17,241 nucleotides of DNA from Terrimicrobiaceae bacterium. GTDB lineage: Bacteria > Verrucomicrobiota > Verrucomicrobiia > Chthoniobacterales > Terrimicrobiaceae. Below, piece after piece: positions 8,498 through 16,930 of the stretch. The position numbers were made by a program, and so were the translations under genes. Under the pieces are notes generated by a model that saw nothing but the letters and a program-made list of their open reading frames with translations, searched no databases and was not told the origin of the DNA. The stretch lies in contig JBIIPZ010000051.1 of NCBI GenBank assembly GCA_044342325.1, positions 1 to 17,241 of the forward strand, given 5' to 3'. The first letter of the stretch is position 1; the number at the start of each line of letters is the position of its first letter.

Positions 8498-9203
8498 ATT
8501 GGAATTTTCTGGAGTGTTCACGGATCAGGAAAGGCAGGTCTTTGGTGAACTCTAGAGTGAAGGACGGACGCAGGAGATCGGCGAGGACTTCGTGGGATGC
8601 TGCCGCTTCCTCGGTGCCACTGAGCCAGTTTTTTTCCGGAGTGAACTCCGGCAGCCAGGAAAATGGGGTCGCGAGTAGCAGTTGGCCACCCGGCTTCACA
8701 AGATCTGCCAAGCGCTCAATGAAGCGCAGCGGCTCGGGCAGACGGCAGATGAGGTTCGCCGCCAGCACCACATCGAAAACACCGAGGTCGCTTCGCAGGT
8801 TCATGGCATCCCCCGTTTCAAATTCCACCCGCGTGCAATCGACCTCCTTTGGAACATGGGCGATGAATTTCTGCACCCGCTTGCCTTCGAAGGCGACAGA
8901 GGCCTCGAGGGAACCTTGGTTTTTCAATTCCTCCGCCGCGCTGATGAAGGCTACGGAAAAATCAATGCCCGTCACCTTGGGGATCGATCGAGCCAGTTCG
9001 AAGGACGACGCTCCCACCGCGCAGCCCACATCGAGTGCATCGCCAATCGGCGCGGAGATGTCGAGCAACTCCGAGACCACCCGCCGGGGGAAGTTCCATG
9101 CCTCGCTTGGAACAGGAAGGGTTCCCGCCGCCTCAGCAAATGTGGCGTAGTGGAAAAACAGATACTCATCGACCAATCGCCGGGATTCGTAGGGATTCGA
9201 CAT
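8460..9203 (-). CDS. Class I SAM methyltransferase resembling the OvoA C-terminal (putative mercaptohistidine N-methyltransferase) domain, stand-alone
   Basis: N-terminal YESRRLVDEYLFFHY, ALDVGCAVGASSFELAR, GIDFS..FI, FDVVLAANLICRL, TPFSWLPEFTP..NWL, PFLIREHSRKFQY match my recollection of the OvoA C-terminal MTase pattern. Confidence 0.78.
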   Translation of the reverse strand: MSNPYESRRLVDEYLFFHYATFAEAAGTLPVPSEAWNFPRRVVSELLDISAPIGDALDVGCAVGASSFELARSIPKVTGIDFSVAFISAAEELKNQGSLEASVAFEGKRVQKFIAHVPKEVDCTRVEFETGDAMNLRSDLGVFDVVLAANLICRLPEPLRFIERLADLVKPGGQLLLATPFSWLPEFTPEKNWLSGTEEAAASHEVLADLLRPSFTLEFTKDLPFLIREHSRKFQYGISLGTRWRRH

Positions 9204-9290
9204 CTGCTTCTCTTAGCATTCATCGCCATCCTTCGGAAATAGCAATCCCGGCTTGGACAAACCACCCCGCACTCTGATACATCCCCCCGC

Positions 9291-10826
9291 ATGCTTACTC
9301 GCGTGTTCTCAGCCGCGTTGCAGGGAGTCGAAGCCATCCAGGTGGAGGTGGAGGTCAATACCGGTTCGGGCAACCCGGTGGTAATCGTCGTTGGCCTTCC
9401 CGACGCCGCCGTGCGCGAGAGCAAGGATCGCGTCACCACAGCCATTTCAAACAGCGGCTTCCGCTGGCCTCGCGAGCGGACGACCATCAATCTCGCTCCG
9501 GCTGACATCAAAAAAGAAGGTCCGAGTTTTGATCTGCCCATCGCCGTCGGCATGGTCGCCGCAGCCGAACGTGCTGAACTTCCCCGGCTCGAGCGCTGCT
9601 TCGTCATTGGCGAACTCGCACTCACTGGCGAAATCCGTCCGATCAAAGGCGCCCTTCCCATTGCCGTTGCCGCCCGCGATCAGGGAATGAAAGCCGTGAT
9701 CCTCCCCGCAGCGAATGCCGCTGAGGCTGCCATTGTCGAGGGCATCGAGGTCTATGGCGTCAAAAATCTTCGCGAAGCCTACGAATTTCTCTCCCGAAAA
9801 AAGGAACTCACTCCGGTGCGTGGAAGTGCCGCCGAGCGGCTCACCGCCGGTTCCTCAGATGATGTTGATTTTTCCGAGGTGAAGGGCCAACACCAGGTCA
9901 AGCGCGCCATCGAGGTCGCCATGGCTGGCGGACACAATCTCCTGCTCATCGGTCCTCCCGGCTCGGGCAAGAGCATGCTGGCGAAGCGCATTCCGACGAT
10001 CATTCCACCCATGACTCTCGATGAGGCGATTGAAACCACGAAGATCCACAGCATTTGTGGCCTGCTCGATGAGTCGAATGCCTTCGTTTCGAAACGCCCC
10101 TTTCGCTCGCCGCATCATACCATCAGTGATATCGGGCTCCTCGGTGGATCGGCCAATCCTACGCCGGGCGAGGTCAGCATCGCCCACAACGGCGTCCTCT
10201 TCCTCGATGAATTACCGGAATTCAAACGCTCCACGCTCGAGGTCATGCGCCAACCGATCGAGGACGGCAAGGTCACTATTTCCCGCGCCGCCGGAACCAT
10301 GACATTCCCCGCCGAATTTATTCTCATCGCTGCAATGAATCCCTGTCCGTGCGGATTCCACGGTGATCCGCAGCGTGAGTGCCGCTGCTCCAGCGTCCAG
10401 ATCGAGCGCTACCGCAACCGCATCTCCGGCCCGCTCCTCGACCGCATCGATATTCATGTCGAAGCGCCCGCCGTGGCTTTCAAGGAGCTCTCTGGTGGCG
10501 GCTCCGCCGAGCCTTCCGCAGACATCCTCAATCGCGTTCTTCAGGCGCGTGGTGTCCAAAAAAACCGGTTCAATGGTGAGAGAAAAACCGCCTCCAATGC
10601 CCGGATGTCGCACAGTCAGATCAAAAAATTCTGCCCCCTCGACGACACCTCCCTCGAAATGCTCCGCCATGCCATGGAGGATCTCCACCTCAGCGCCCGT
10701 GCTTACGACCGCATTCTCAAAGTCTCCCGCACCATCGCTGATCTGGCGTCCAGCGACCGCATTACCCCGGACCACATCGGCGAAGCCATCCAATACCGCA
10801 CCCTCGACCGCAGGCTTTGGGTTTGA
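9291..10826 (+). CDS. comM: YifB/ComM family Mg-chelatase-like AAA+ ATPase
   Basis: [37 protein letters not shown], Walker [16 protein letters not shown], Walker [46 protein letters not shown]. Confidence 0.96.
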   Translation: MLTRVFSAALQGVEAIQVEVEVNTGSGNPVVIVVGLPDAAVRESKDRVTTAISNSGFRWPRERTTINLAPADIKKEGPSFDLPIAVGMVAAAERAELPRLERCFVIGELALTGEIRPIKGALPIAVAARDQGMKAVILPAANAAEAAIVEGIEVYGVKNLREAYEFLSRKKELTPVRGSAAERLTAGSSDDVDFSEVKGQHQVKRAIEVAMAGGHNLLLIGPPGSGKSMLAKRIPTIIPPMTLDEAIETTKIHSICGLLDESNAFVSKRPFRSPHHTISDIGLLGGSANPTPGEVSIAHNGVLFLDELPEFKRSTLEVMRQPIEDGKVTISRAAGTMTFPAEFILIAAMNPCPCGFHGDPQRECRCSSVQIERYRNRISGPLLDRIDIHVEAPAVAFKELSGGGSAEPSADILNRVLQARGVQKNRFNGERKTASNARMSHSQIKKFCPLDDTSLEMLRHAMEDLHLSARAYDRILKVSRTIADLASSDRITPDHIGEAIQYRTLDRRLWV

Positions 10827-10836
10827 GTTTCCCGCA

Positions 10837-10890
10837 GTAGGAAGGCCGTCGCCCGCCGGGCGAAATGGCGAGCGAGGCCGTTTAGTTTTC
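10837..10890 (+). terminator. Imperfect GC-rich hairpin between convergent genes; terminator or degenerate GTAG-type REP
   Basis: GGCC-G-TCGCCCGCC (10844-10857) pairs imperfectly with GGCGAGCGA-GGCC (10867-10879); preceded by GTAG (10837-10840) and followed by a T-rich stretch. Confidence 0.45.
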
Positions 10891-11820
10891 TCAGTAGGTG
10901 AAGCTCAGGCCGACATTGGCCCAGACTTCGTTGCCTTGGTCGATGTCCTGCAGCGCGGTCATAGCGACGCTGTAGTTGATGCCGGCAAACACGGAGATGA
11001 TCTTGTTGATTTGCCAGTTTGCCTCGATGCCGAACTGGAAGTTGTTCCAGCCGTAGTAGGAGCGCGTGTTGTAGCCGAGGTTCACGCCGAGGAGGGCGTA
11101 GGGTTCGAGGGTGACGATGTCTTTGTAAACTGGGATTTCACCATCGAGACGGAACTCCAAAAACGCGCCGGGCGTGTTGTTGAGATCCCAGATGAAAGCG
11201 GCGCTCGGGGTGACATAGGGAATCTTGTTTGTGCCCAGGACGACGAAGAGTTCGTTACCGTAGGTTTTGTGGGCGTGATCGGCATGGCCCTCCTCCTCGT
11301 GTCCTTCCTCCTCTTCGTGTGCCTCGCCTTCGTGTGATTCGCCTTCCGACGTTTCGTCGGGCAAATACCTCAAATTATAACCGGGAATCAAAAACACCGC
11401 CCCGAGATCGAAATTGTAGCCGGCGGTGAAATCCCACTCCTCGAAGTCGCTCGAAGTGCCAAAGCCGTTCCAGACGCTCAGAGTGAAGTCATTGATCCAA
11501 ACGCCCACCTCATTGGTGTAGGCGCCGCCGTTGCCGGTTTCGTTCACACCATAGTGGATGTGGCGGCTTTCCCATCCCGTCGAGATGCTGGCTCCCCAGA
11601 TGCGGTTGTCAGTCTCCAGCGCGGGGGCTTTGAAATTTTTGCCGCTCGGGGAGGCTTGCGCATGCGAGTGGCCTTCGTGACCCGTAAGCGGCTGTGTGCC
11701 GGTATCCAGCGCCTGGTTGATCTCGGTTTGGGTTTCGCGGTGGTTATGGGCGATGCCGTGGGCTCCGGCAAGCGGGGCCATTGCGAGGAGGGCGAGTGCG
11801 GTGTGGAGTGGTTTTTTCAT
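10891..11820 (-). CDS. Putative outer-membrane beta-barrel protein with His-rich N-terminus and His/Glu-rich loop (metal uptake candidate)
   Basis: Signal peptide (LAGA-H), amphipathic aromatic-rich strands, C-terminal beta-signal VGLSFTY, HGIAHNH..GHEGHSH and ESHEGEAHEEEEGHEEEGHADHAH segments. Confidence 0.78.
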   Translation of the reverse strand: MKKPLHTALALLAMAPLAGAHGIAHNHRETQTEINQALDTGTQPLTGHEGHSHAQASPSGKNFKAPALETDNRIWGASISTGWESRHIHYGVNETGNGGAYTNEVGVWINDFTLSVWNGFGTSSDFEEWDFTAGYNFDLGAVFLIPGYNLRYLPDETSEGESHEGEAHEEEEGHEEEGHADHAHKTYGNELFVVLGTNKIPYVTPSAAFIWDLNNTPGAFLEFRLDGEIPVYKDIVTLEPYALLGVNLGYNTRSYYGWNNFQFGIEANWQINKIISVFAGINYSVAMTALQDIDQGNEVWANVGLSFTY

Positions 11821-11841
11821 AAAATGGAAGCGCGCTGTTTA

Positions 11842-11888
11842 TGCAAGCGTGTTGCAAGAGTCAAAGAAAAAAATGCAAATAGCTTGCG
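11842..11888. promoter_or_regulatory. Two tandem Fur-family-like (Zur/Mur/Nur) boxes TGCAA-N5-TTGC(A/G) flanking a minus-strand -35 (TTGACT, 11864-11859)
   Basis: TGCAAGCGTGTTGCA (11842-11856) and TGCAAATAGCTTGCG (11874-11888), directly upstream of a His-rich OM protein gene. Confidence 0.65.
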
Positions 11889-11949
11889 ATAGGAAATTGC
11901 TCCCGCCGCGCTTGGCGGATGCGAGGATCGGCTGTAGAAGCGTGGGATC

Positions 11950-12206
11950 GTGATGGGAAAATGGAAAAGTTTTTGTGCGGCGGGCCTCGTGGTGAGTCTC
12001 GTTGCTGTTGCCGTTTTTTGCTGGCTGCGAATACCGGTCTCGGATCAAGAACTGCTCGCGAACTTCGCGAAGGCGGGAGATTTTTTTCGTGGCGTGGAAA
12101 GCATGCGGGGCCTGCCGTGGTGGTCGCCGAATTTTCTCCAAGGAACGAGTCTGGCGATGGCTTGGGGCTACATGTTTTCCAATGTGGTCATGCTGGCCGC
12201 TGGGGC
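11950..12206 (+). pseudogene. N-terminal fragment (~85 codons) of a high-GC GT-C-like membrane protein, homologous to the N-terminus of 12683..15094
   Basis: FCWLRIPVSDQELLANFAKAGDFFRGVESMRGLPWWSPNFLQGTSLA aligns with FAWLKTTPSFEEMYGGTARSGEYFTALKSVKTWPWWTPSYIFGHSYA; similarity ends at ~12205 and the ORF reads on into unrelated DNA until 12351. Confidence 0.8.
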
Positions 12207-12508
12207 ATGCTCGCGCCATGGTAGTTCTCTCCTGCATTCTTCTGGTGAAGCGGAGAGCCATGCATCGGAGGCAGTTCATACCAAAGCCTTCCTGGCATCC
12301 TGGACTCCTACAAAAACGCCAAATCACCTACATCATCGCCTATGCACCTGACCGCGTGATTTCCAATTCCGCGCAAATTTTTGATCGCACTCGACCAGCA
12401 GAACCTCTCTTTATTAACCTTTACAAACATTGCGCAAGAAACAGGCATCTTCTCGGATTCATCAGCAGCCACGTCCTTTTCCGGTTTTTTAAAGCGAACG
12501 CGAATTGA
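12207..12508 (+). pseudogene. Decayed C-terminal fragment of a possible STT3/AglB-like oligosaccharyltransferase
   Basis: Frame from 12207 reads MLAPW*FSPAFFW*SGEPCIGGSSYQSLPGILDS (stops TAG 12222 and TGA 12246, each one base from TGG), then shifts frame to LQKRQITYIIAYAPDRVISNSAQIF...FRFFKANAN*; layout recalls the WWDxG region and downstream YI/KIF strands of STT3-like soluble domains. Confidence 0.5.
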
Positions 12509-12682
12509 AAAACCAGCATGACATACCCCGATGAGAGTGCTATGGATTCCTCTGCATAAGGCACAAAATTTCCTCAATGCTGCGCAAAAAATTATCTCAC
12601 CACAGCTCAAGTGGATAGAGCGGGGCTCTCCTAAAGTTAGGATGCTGGTTGGACTCCATCCAAAGACACGATCTCATTTTTT

Positions 12683-15094
12683 ATGGATAAGAAAAACATT
12701 ATTAAAAATATCTTTAGAAAAGATATTTTTTTAAAGATATTCATTATTTTTTCATTACTATTTTGCTCTGCCATTGGTTTCGCATGGCTGAAGACGACTC
12801 CATCTTTTGAAGAAATGTATGGAGGCACAGCCAGATCGGGAGAGTATTTTACCGCACTAAAATCGGTTAAAACCTGGCCATGGTGGACTCCTAGCTACAT
12901 TTTTGGTCATAGTTATGCGTTATTTGGCGTAAGCATTTTTCAGATTGTAGTTTTAGTTGCCTCAGCTGTATTACTTAGCGCATGGATTACCCCTATTTTT
13001 GTATTTAAATCAATCGGCTTAATAATAATGTTCTTTTCTGGCTTGACAATGTTTTGCCTCGCTCGAAAAATTTTTGGTTCAAATAAAATCGCTTTTTTAT
13101 CTGGAATACTATATTTAACTTCCGCGCAGCTTGTTATGAGAATAGCAATGCTGGAGCATTTAAGCACAGCGGCCTGCATGATTTGGGGGCCATTACTATA
13201 TCTGGCGCTTTTACGCTGCGAAAAAGTTAAATCTTGGAGAAACTCCATGCTGCTGGCTCTTTCCATCTCTGGGATGTTGGTTTGCTATTTTAAAATTTTT
13301 CTACTTTTTCTGCCCGCTATGGGCCTTTTTTTATTGTGGCGTTTTGTTTCGATTGATTCTGATTCAAGGCAAAATCTAAAATATTGTATTCTAAGGGCTT
13401 TTATTTTAACAATTCCACTGGCATTATTTCCGCTTATACCTGCTTATAGAGAAAGTAAGTTCCTTGCACTTTTTGAATTGGAACCGTTCCACGGGTGGCA
13501 ACAAAATTTCTCATTTTTTTCCGCAGTTACATGGATCGACTGGGGCAATCTTCTAACCTCTGGCACAGCCATTCCTTCTTTGTGCGGCATTCGACATACA
13601 TCCATAGAATTTTATCTTGGTCCAGTTGTGCTTGCTGGAATTTTATTACCTCTCACCATCAGGCGCATACGAAATGATTGGGCTACATTGCCCGCCTGGG
13701 GTGCCCTTCGCTGCTTTACTGTTTTACTACTTCTTGCAACATGGTTGGCATCCGGACCACGCTCAATTATTGAGGGCCACTTTGCTTATCTAAATTCCAG
13801 TATGGCTTGCTCTGATTTTACAATCGCGATCCTTTGGCTCGTTTTTATTGCTCAAGGATTAATGATCTTACTGATATCGGGTAAAACTCCTATACAGATT
13901 GGTATTGGAATTCTTTTTATCGGAATTTATTATTTGGTTCCTGGGTTCAAAGTTCTTGAGTTATTGCCATTTTATCGAGATATTCGTGCGCCGAGTTCAG
14001 TGTGGACTGCTTTTGGCGCACTCAGTGCGGTTCTTGCATCAGGAGCAGGTTGGTCGATCCTTGCAAATATCCAAATTAACAAACTGAAAAAATGTGTAGC
14101 AGTAATAGTTATCATTTTAGCATTATTATTAGACATTTGTTTTTTGCATAAAGCATTCTTTATTGAAGGCTTGCCGAAAAAAACTTTCACCGATTATGCG
14201 GAGGCGCAAGTTTTTCTAAAAAATGCTCAAATTGATGGTAGAGTTCATGCTTTATCCGGGAGATATTTTTATTTAACAACGCCTAATGAATCGGGAAGAA
14301 GTCTATCAAGTGAAGCTCTTGGAAGACACTTGCAACTCCGATGGATTCGCTACATGGAAAGCGGTTCAATGCTTTCTTCCCAGACAGCAAAGGCTTATTT
14401 TGATTTGTTTGGAATATCCTATGTGTTGATTGACCGGAATGACCCAGACACGCCTCCAGCGTATCAAAATGGATTTAAACAATTATTCCCAACAGTTTTT
14501 GAAAATGATAGTTTCAGCATTCTGGAAAATTCATCGAGCCTCTACCCTGCCTATGAAGCAAAAAATATAGTCAGCGCTGAAAATGATATTTTTAAAAATC
14601 CTGGCTCTGTTCTTTTGCTCGGAAGAGGCGGACTTATAACAATCGAAGGATTTACAGGCAACAGCGTCGGAAAAATAGATCTCCAAGGGCGCCAAGATAT
14701 TCCCAACCGAGTAACGTTGGAAAAAACATCTGAACTTAAAAAGCTTTCACTCAAAGAACCAAGAAATACAAATTACCACTCCTTTACTGTTACCGGTCTC
14801 GAAACGGAAAGCACGCCACGAGCCATCGTTGTGTCAGAAGCCTACCACCCCGATTGGAAAGCCTACCAAGGAAATGAACCTTTGCCTGTATGTCGCGCAG
14901 TCGGCGCCTTAATGTCCGTGCATGTTTCAAATCCAGTAGATGTCCAATTCATTTTCACTCCCCCGTGGTATTATAATTTTTGTGCAACTGGATGTCTCGT
15001 TGCTTGGTTTATGGTCTGCCTTTTGTTTTTATTGATGCGTCTACCTTTTATTCCGGAAAAATTGCGATTGGTTTGGTATGGACAACGAAAATGA
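12683..15094 (+). CDS. Intact AT-rich multi-pass membrane protein, GT-C superfamily-like (YfhO / PTPS-related type), probably horizontally acquired
   Basis: 803-aa ORF with many hydrophobic segments; PWWTPSYIFG, YLG, IRAP, GISYVLID, SEAYHPDWKA motifs as in YfhO-like proteins; visibly much more AT-rich than the flanks. Confidence 0.8.
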   Translation: MDKKNIIKNIFRKDIFLKIFIIFSLLFCSAIGFAWLKTTPSFEEMYGGTARSGEYFTALKSVKTWPWWTPSYIFGHSYALFGVSIFQIVVLVASAVLLSAWITPIFVFKSIGLIIMFFSGLTMFCLARKIFGSNKIAFLSGILYLTSAQLVMRIAMLEHLSTAACMIWGPLLYLALLRCEKVKSWRNSMLLALSISGMLVCYFKIFLLFLPAMGLFLLWRFVSIDSDSRQNLKYCILRAFILTIPLALFPLIPAYRESKFLALFELEPFHGWQQNFSFFSAVTWIDWGNLLTSGTAIPSLCGIRHTSIEFYLGPVVLAGILLPLTIRRIRNDWATLPAWGALRCFTVLLLLATWLASGPRSIIEGHFAYLNSSMACSDFTIAILWLVFIAQGLMILLISGKTPIQIGIGILFIGIYYLVPGFKVLELLPFYRDIRAPSSVWTAFGALSAVLASGAGWSILANIQINKLKKCVAVIVIILALLLDICFLHKAFFIEGLPKKTFTDYAEAQVFLKNAQIDGRVHALSGRYFYLTTPNESGRSLSSEALGRHLQLRWIRYMESGSMLSSQTAKAYFDLFGISYVLIDRNDPDTPPAYQNGFKQLFPTVFENDSFSILENSSSLYPAYEAKNIVSAENDIFKNPGSVLLLGRGGLITIEGFTGNSVGKIDLQGRQDIPNRVTLEKTSELKKLSLKEPRNTNYHSFTVTGLETESTPRAIVVSEAYHPDWKAYQGNEPLPVCRAVGALMSVHVSNPVDVQFIFTPPWYYNFCATGCLVAWFMVCLLFLLMRLPFIPEKLRLVWYGQRK

Positions 15095-15167
15095 AAAGGT
15101 AAGGCGTGAGAAAAAAGGATCAGTCCCGCGTATTGACGCATTCTAAGCAATTTGAAAAATTCGTTGG

Positions 15168-15408
15168 ATGATAATACAAGTGCGAATCGAATACGCTGGG
15201 GCGATTTACCATGTGATGAGCTGAGGGGACGGGAAGGAGGCTTTTTCCTTGATGATGAGGAACCGGCGGGGATTTTTATGGACGCTCGGGGAGGCGTGCG
15301 AGCGTGCGGTTTGGGAGGTTCATGCCTATTGTATGATGGGTAATCATTTTCATCTGGTGGTCGAGACGCCGAAACCGACGCTTGTGAGCGGGATAAAATG
15401 GTTTTTGG
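15168..15408 (+). pseudogene. Truncated, decayed RAYT / Y1 HUH transposase (IS200/IS605 superfamily)
   Basis: VRIEYAGAIYHVMS*GD (TGA 15222 replacing the Arg of SRG), frameshifts around FLDDE, then RRGFLWTLGEACERAVWEVHAYCMMGNHFHLVVETP..TLVSGIKWFL; HUH motif at 15345-15353; C-terminal half with the catalytic Tyr is missing. Confidence 0.88.
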
Positions 15409-16930
15409 CGTTTGTTTTTCCCTGCTGGCGCTGGCGTATGGAAAAACCGGTCTCATGGCCCTGCCAGTGCTCGGGGTGTTTGCGGCGGTGGAGTTTTTCG
15501 GTCGTGCGCGGGCGGACCGGCCCGGATGGCGCATCTGGGCTTTGGCGGCGGGCATCGTTTGCGTGCTGGCTGTGCTGCCAAACCTTCCCGCGCTGCGCGA
15601 GGCGGGTTTTGTGGCCATGTTTGAATTCGGGCCCTTTGAGGGCTGGCAGCAAGCCTTCAGCACAATGAGCGCTCTGAGTTGGCTGGATCGCGGTGGCTGG
15701 CTCATTGCCGGAATGGATCCCGGCTTCGCACCCACTACTCTTAACGGGGGAACCTCCTGGGCGACCGCCGCCGTGATCGCTGTCGCTCTTTTTCTGGGTG
15801 TGCTTCATGGGGGAGAGCTGGGAGGCAAGGCCCGATTGTTGCTGGCTCTCACGCTGAGTGCGTTCTGGCTCTCATTCGGCCCCCGCAGCGTGCTGGGCGG
15901 GCATTTCGAGTTTTTGCGGATGTCGATGGGGGCGGCGGACTTCACTCCGGCGGTGGCGTGGTTTTTGCTGGTCGTTCAGGTGTGGATCATCTTCCGCCTG
16001 GTGCCGCAGGGATCAACGCCTTGGCGTCTGGCTGCGATTGGATTTTCGCTCGTCTATTCGCTGGTGCCCGGTTTCCGCCTGCTTGAGTTCCTGCCGATCT
16101 ATCGAAACATCCGTGCGCCTTTCGATTTCTACCAGGTCACCGGCTCGGTGTGCCTGATTGGTGCCGTGGCGCTGGCGGCGGAGGCTTTCAACAGCTACCT
16201 GCACCAACGCGGAGCGGCCATTTTGCAGGCTTCGGCGTTTTTGAACGACGAGCGCATGGCGACCTACTTCCGCGTGGCGGGTGTCGCCTATCTGCTGGTC
16301 GATAAAACCGACCCCGACACCAAGCCTGACATGCAGGCAAAACTGCGCGGGATTTTTCCCGTGGTTTTTGAAAACGAAAACATGGCGCTGCTGGGGGTGG
16401 GGAATCCCCTCGGCTTTGGATTTTTGGCGAAAGATTTTTTGCAAACCGGCACCGATGGACCCGAGACGGCCATCGCGGCGATCGGCGGGGCTGAGCACAA
16501 TTTGGCCATGATCCAAACCAGCGGCCTCGCCGTCGATGAGCCGGGCCTGCGTGGCAAGGTCATCGAAGGCCGCATCGCCGCCTCCGAGGGCAAGGTGCTC
16601 GATGAAGGCAGGGCATTCGCACGGGTGCCGAGGCAACAGGGCAGCTCATATCAGATGGTGGAGCTCGAACCGACGAGCGAAAGCGGTTGGTTGGTTTTCA
16701 ACGAGGCATGGCATCCAGATTGGACAGCACGCGAAGGCGCAGAGGAAGGCAAGATCCACTGTGCCATGCTGGCTTTCTCGGCCGTTCAAACGACCGGCCA
16801 AGCAGGCGTCACCTTCGAATTCCGACAACCCTGGTGGTATAACATCTGCGTTTGGATATCCCTCGCTGGCTGGGCTGTGGCGCTGGGCTTGTGCGTCTTT
16901 CTTCCCAGAGGCAGGTCCTCCTCGACTTGA
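15401..16930 (+). pseudogene. N-terminally truncated, internally deleted high-GC homologue of the 803-aa GT-C-like protein (ORF 15398..16930 takes its ATG from the transposase remnant)
   Basis: FEFGPFEGWQQAFS, WLSFGPRSVLGGHF, LVPGFRLLEFLPIYRNIRAP, VDKTDPDT, NEAWHPDW, PWWYNIC all align collinearly with 12683..15094; the equivalent of its residues ~1-189 and an internal ~86-aa segment are absent. Confidence 0.8.

Noticed and set aside
4471..9203. Complete ovothiol/ergothioneine biosynthetic cluster
   Set aside because: No DinB-type iron-binding sulfoxide synthase domain and no C-S lyase; the FGE-fold domain sits behind a TM helix.
9291..10826. comM disrupted by, or serving as the integration site of, the downstream mosaic region
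   Set aside because: comM is full length and intact; no integrase or att-like duplication was seen, and an unrelated gene separates it from the mosaic.
10212..11337. Long alternative-frame ORFs (10212..10793 minus, 10363..11337 plus) and similar ones elsewhere
   Set aside because: They overlap well-supported genes, lack recognisable motifs and are expected shadows in high-GC DNA.
12531..12734. 67-aa ORF upstream of the AT-rich gene
   Set aside because: Short, overlaps the main gene start and has no recognisable motif; more likely promoter or leader DNA.
12206..15408. Clean IS or composite transposon insertion with target-site duplication
   Set aside because: No matching direct repeat is evident at the two junctions, and about 95 codons of the flanking gene are missing.
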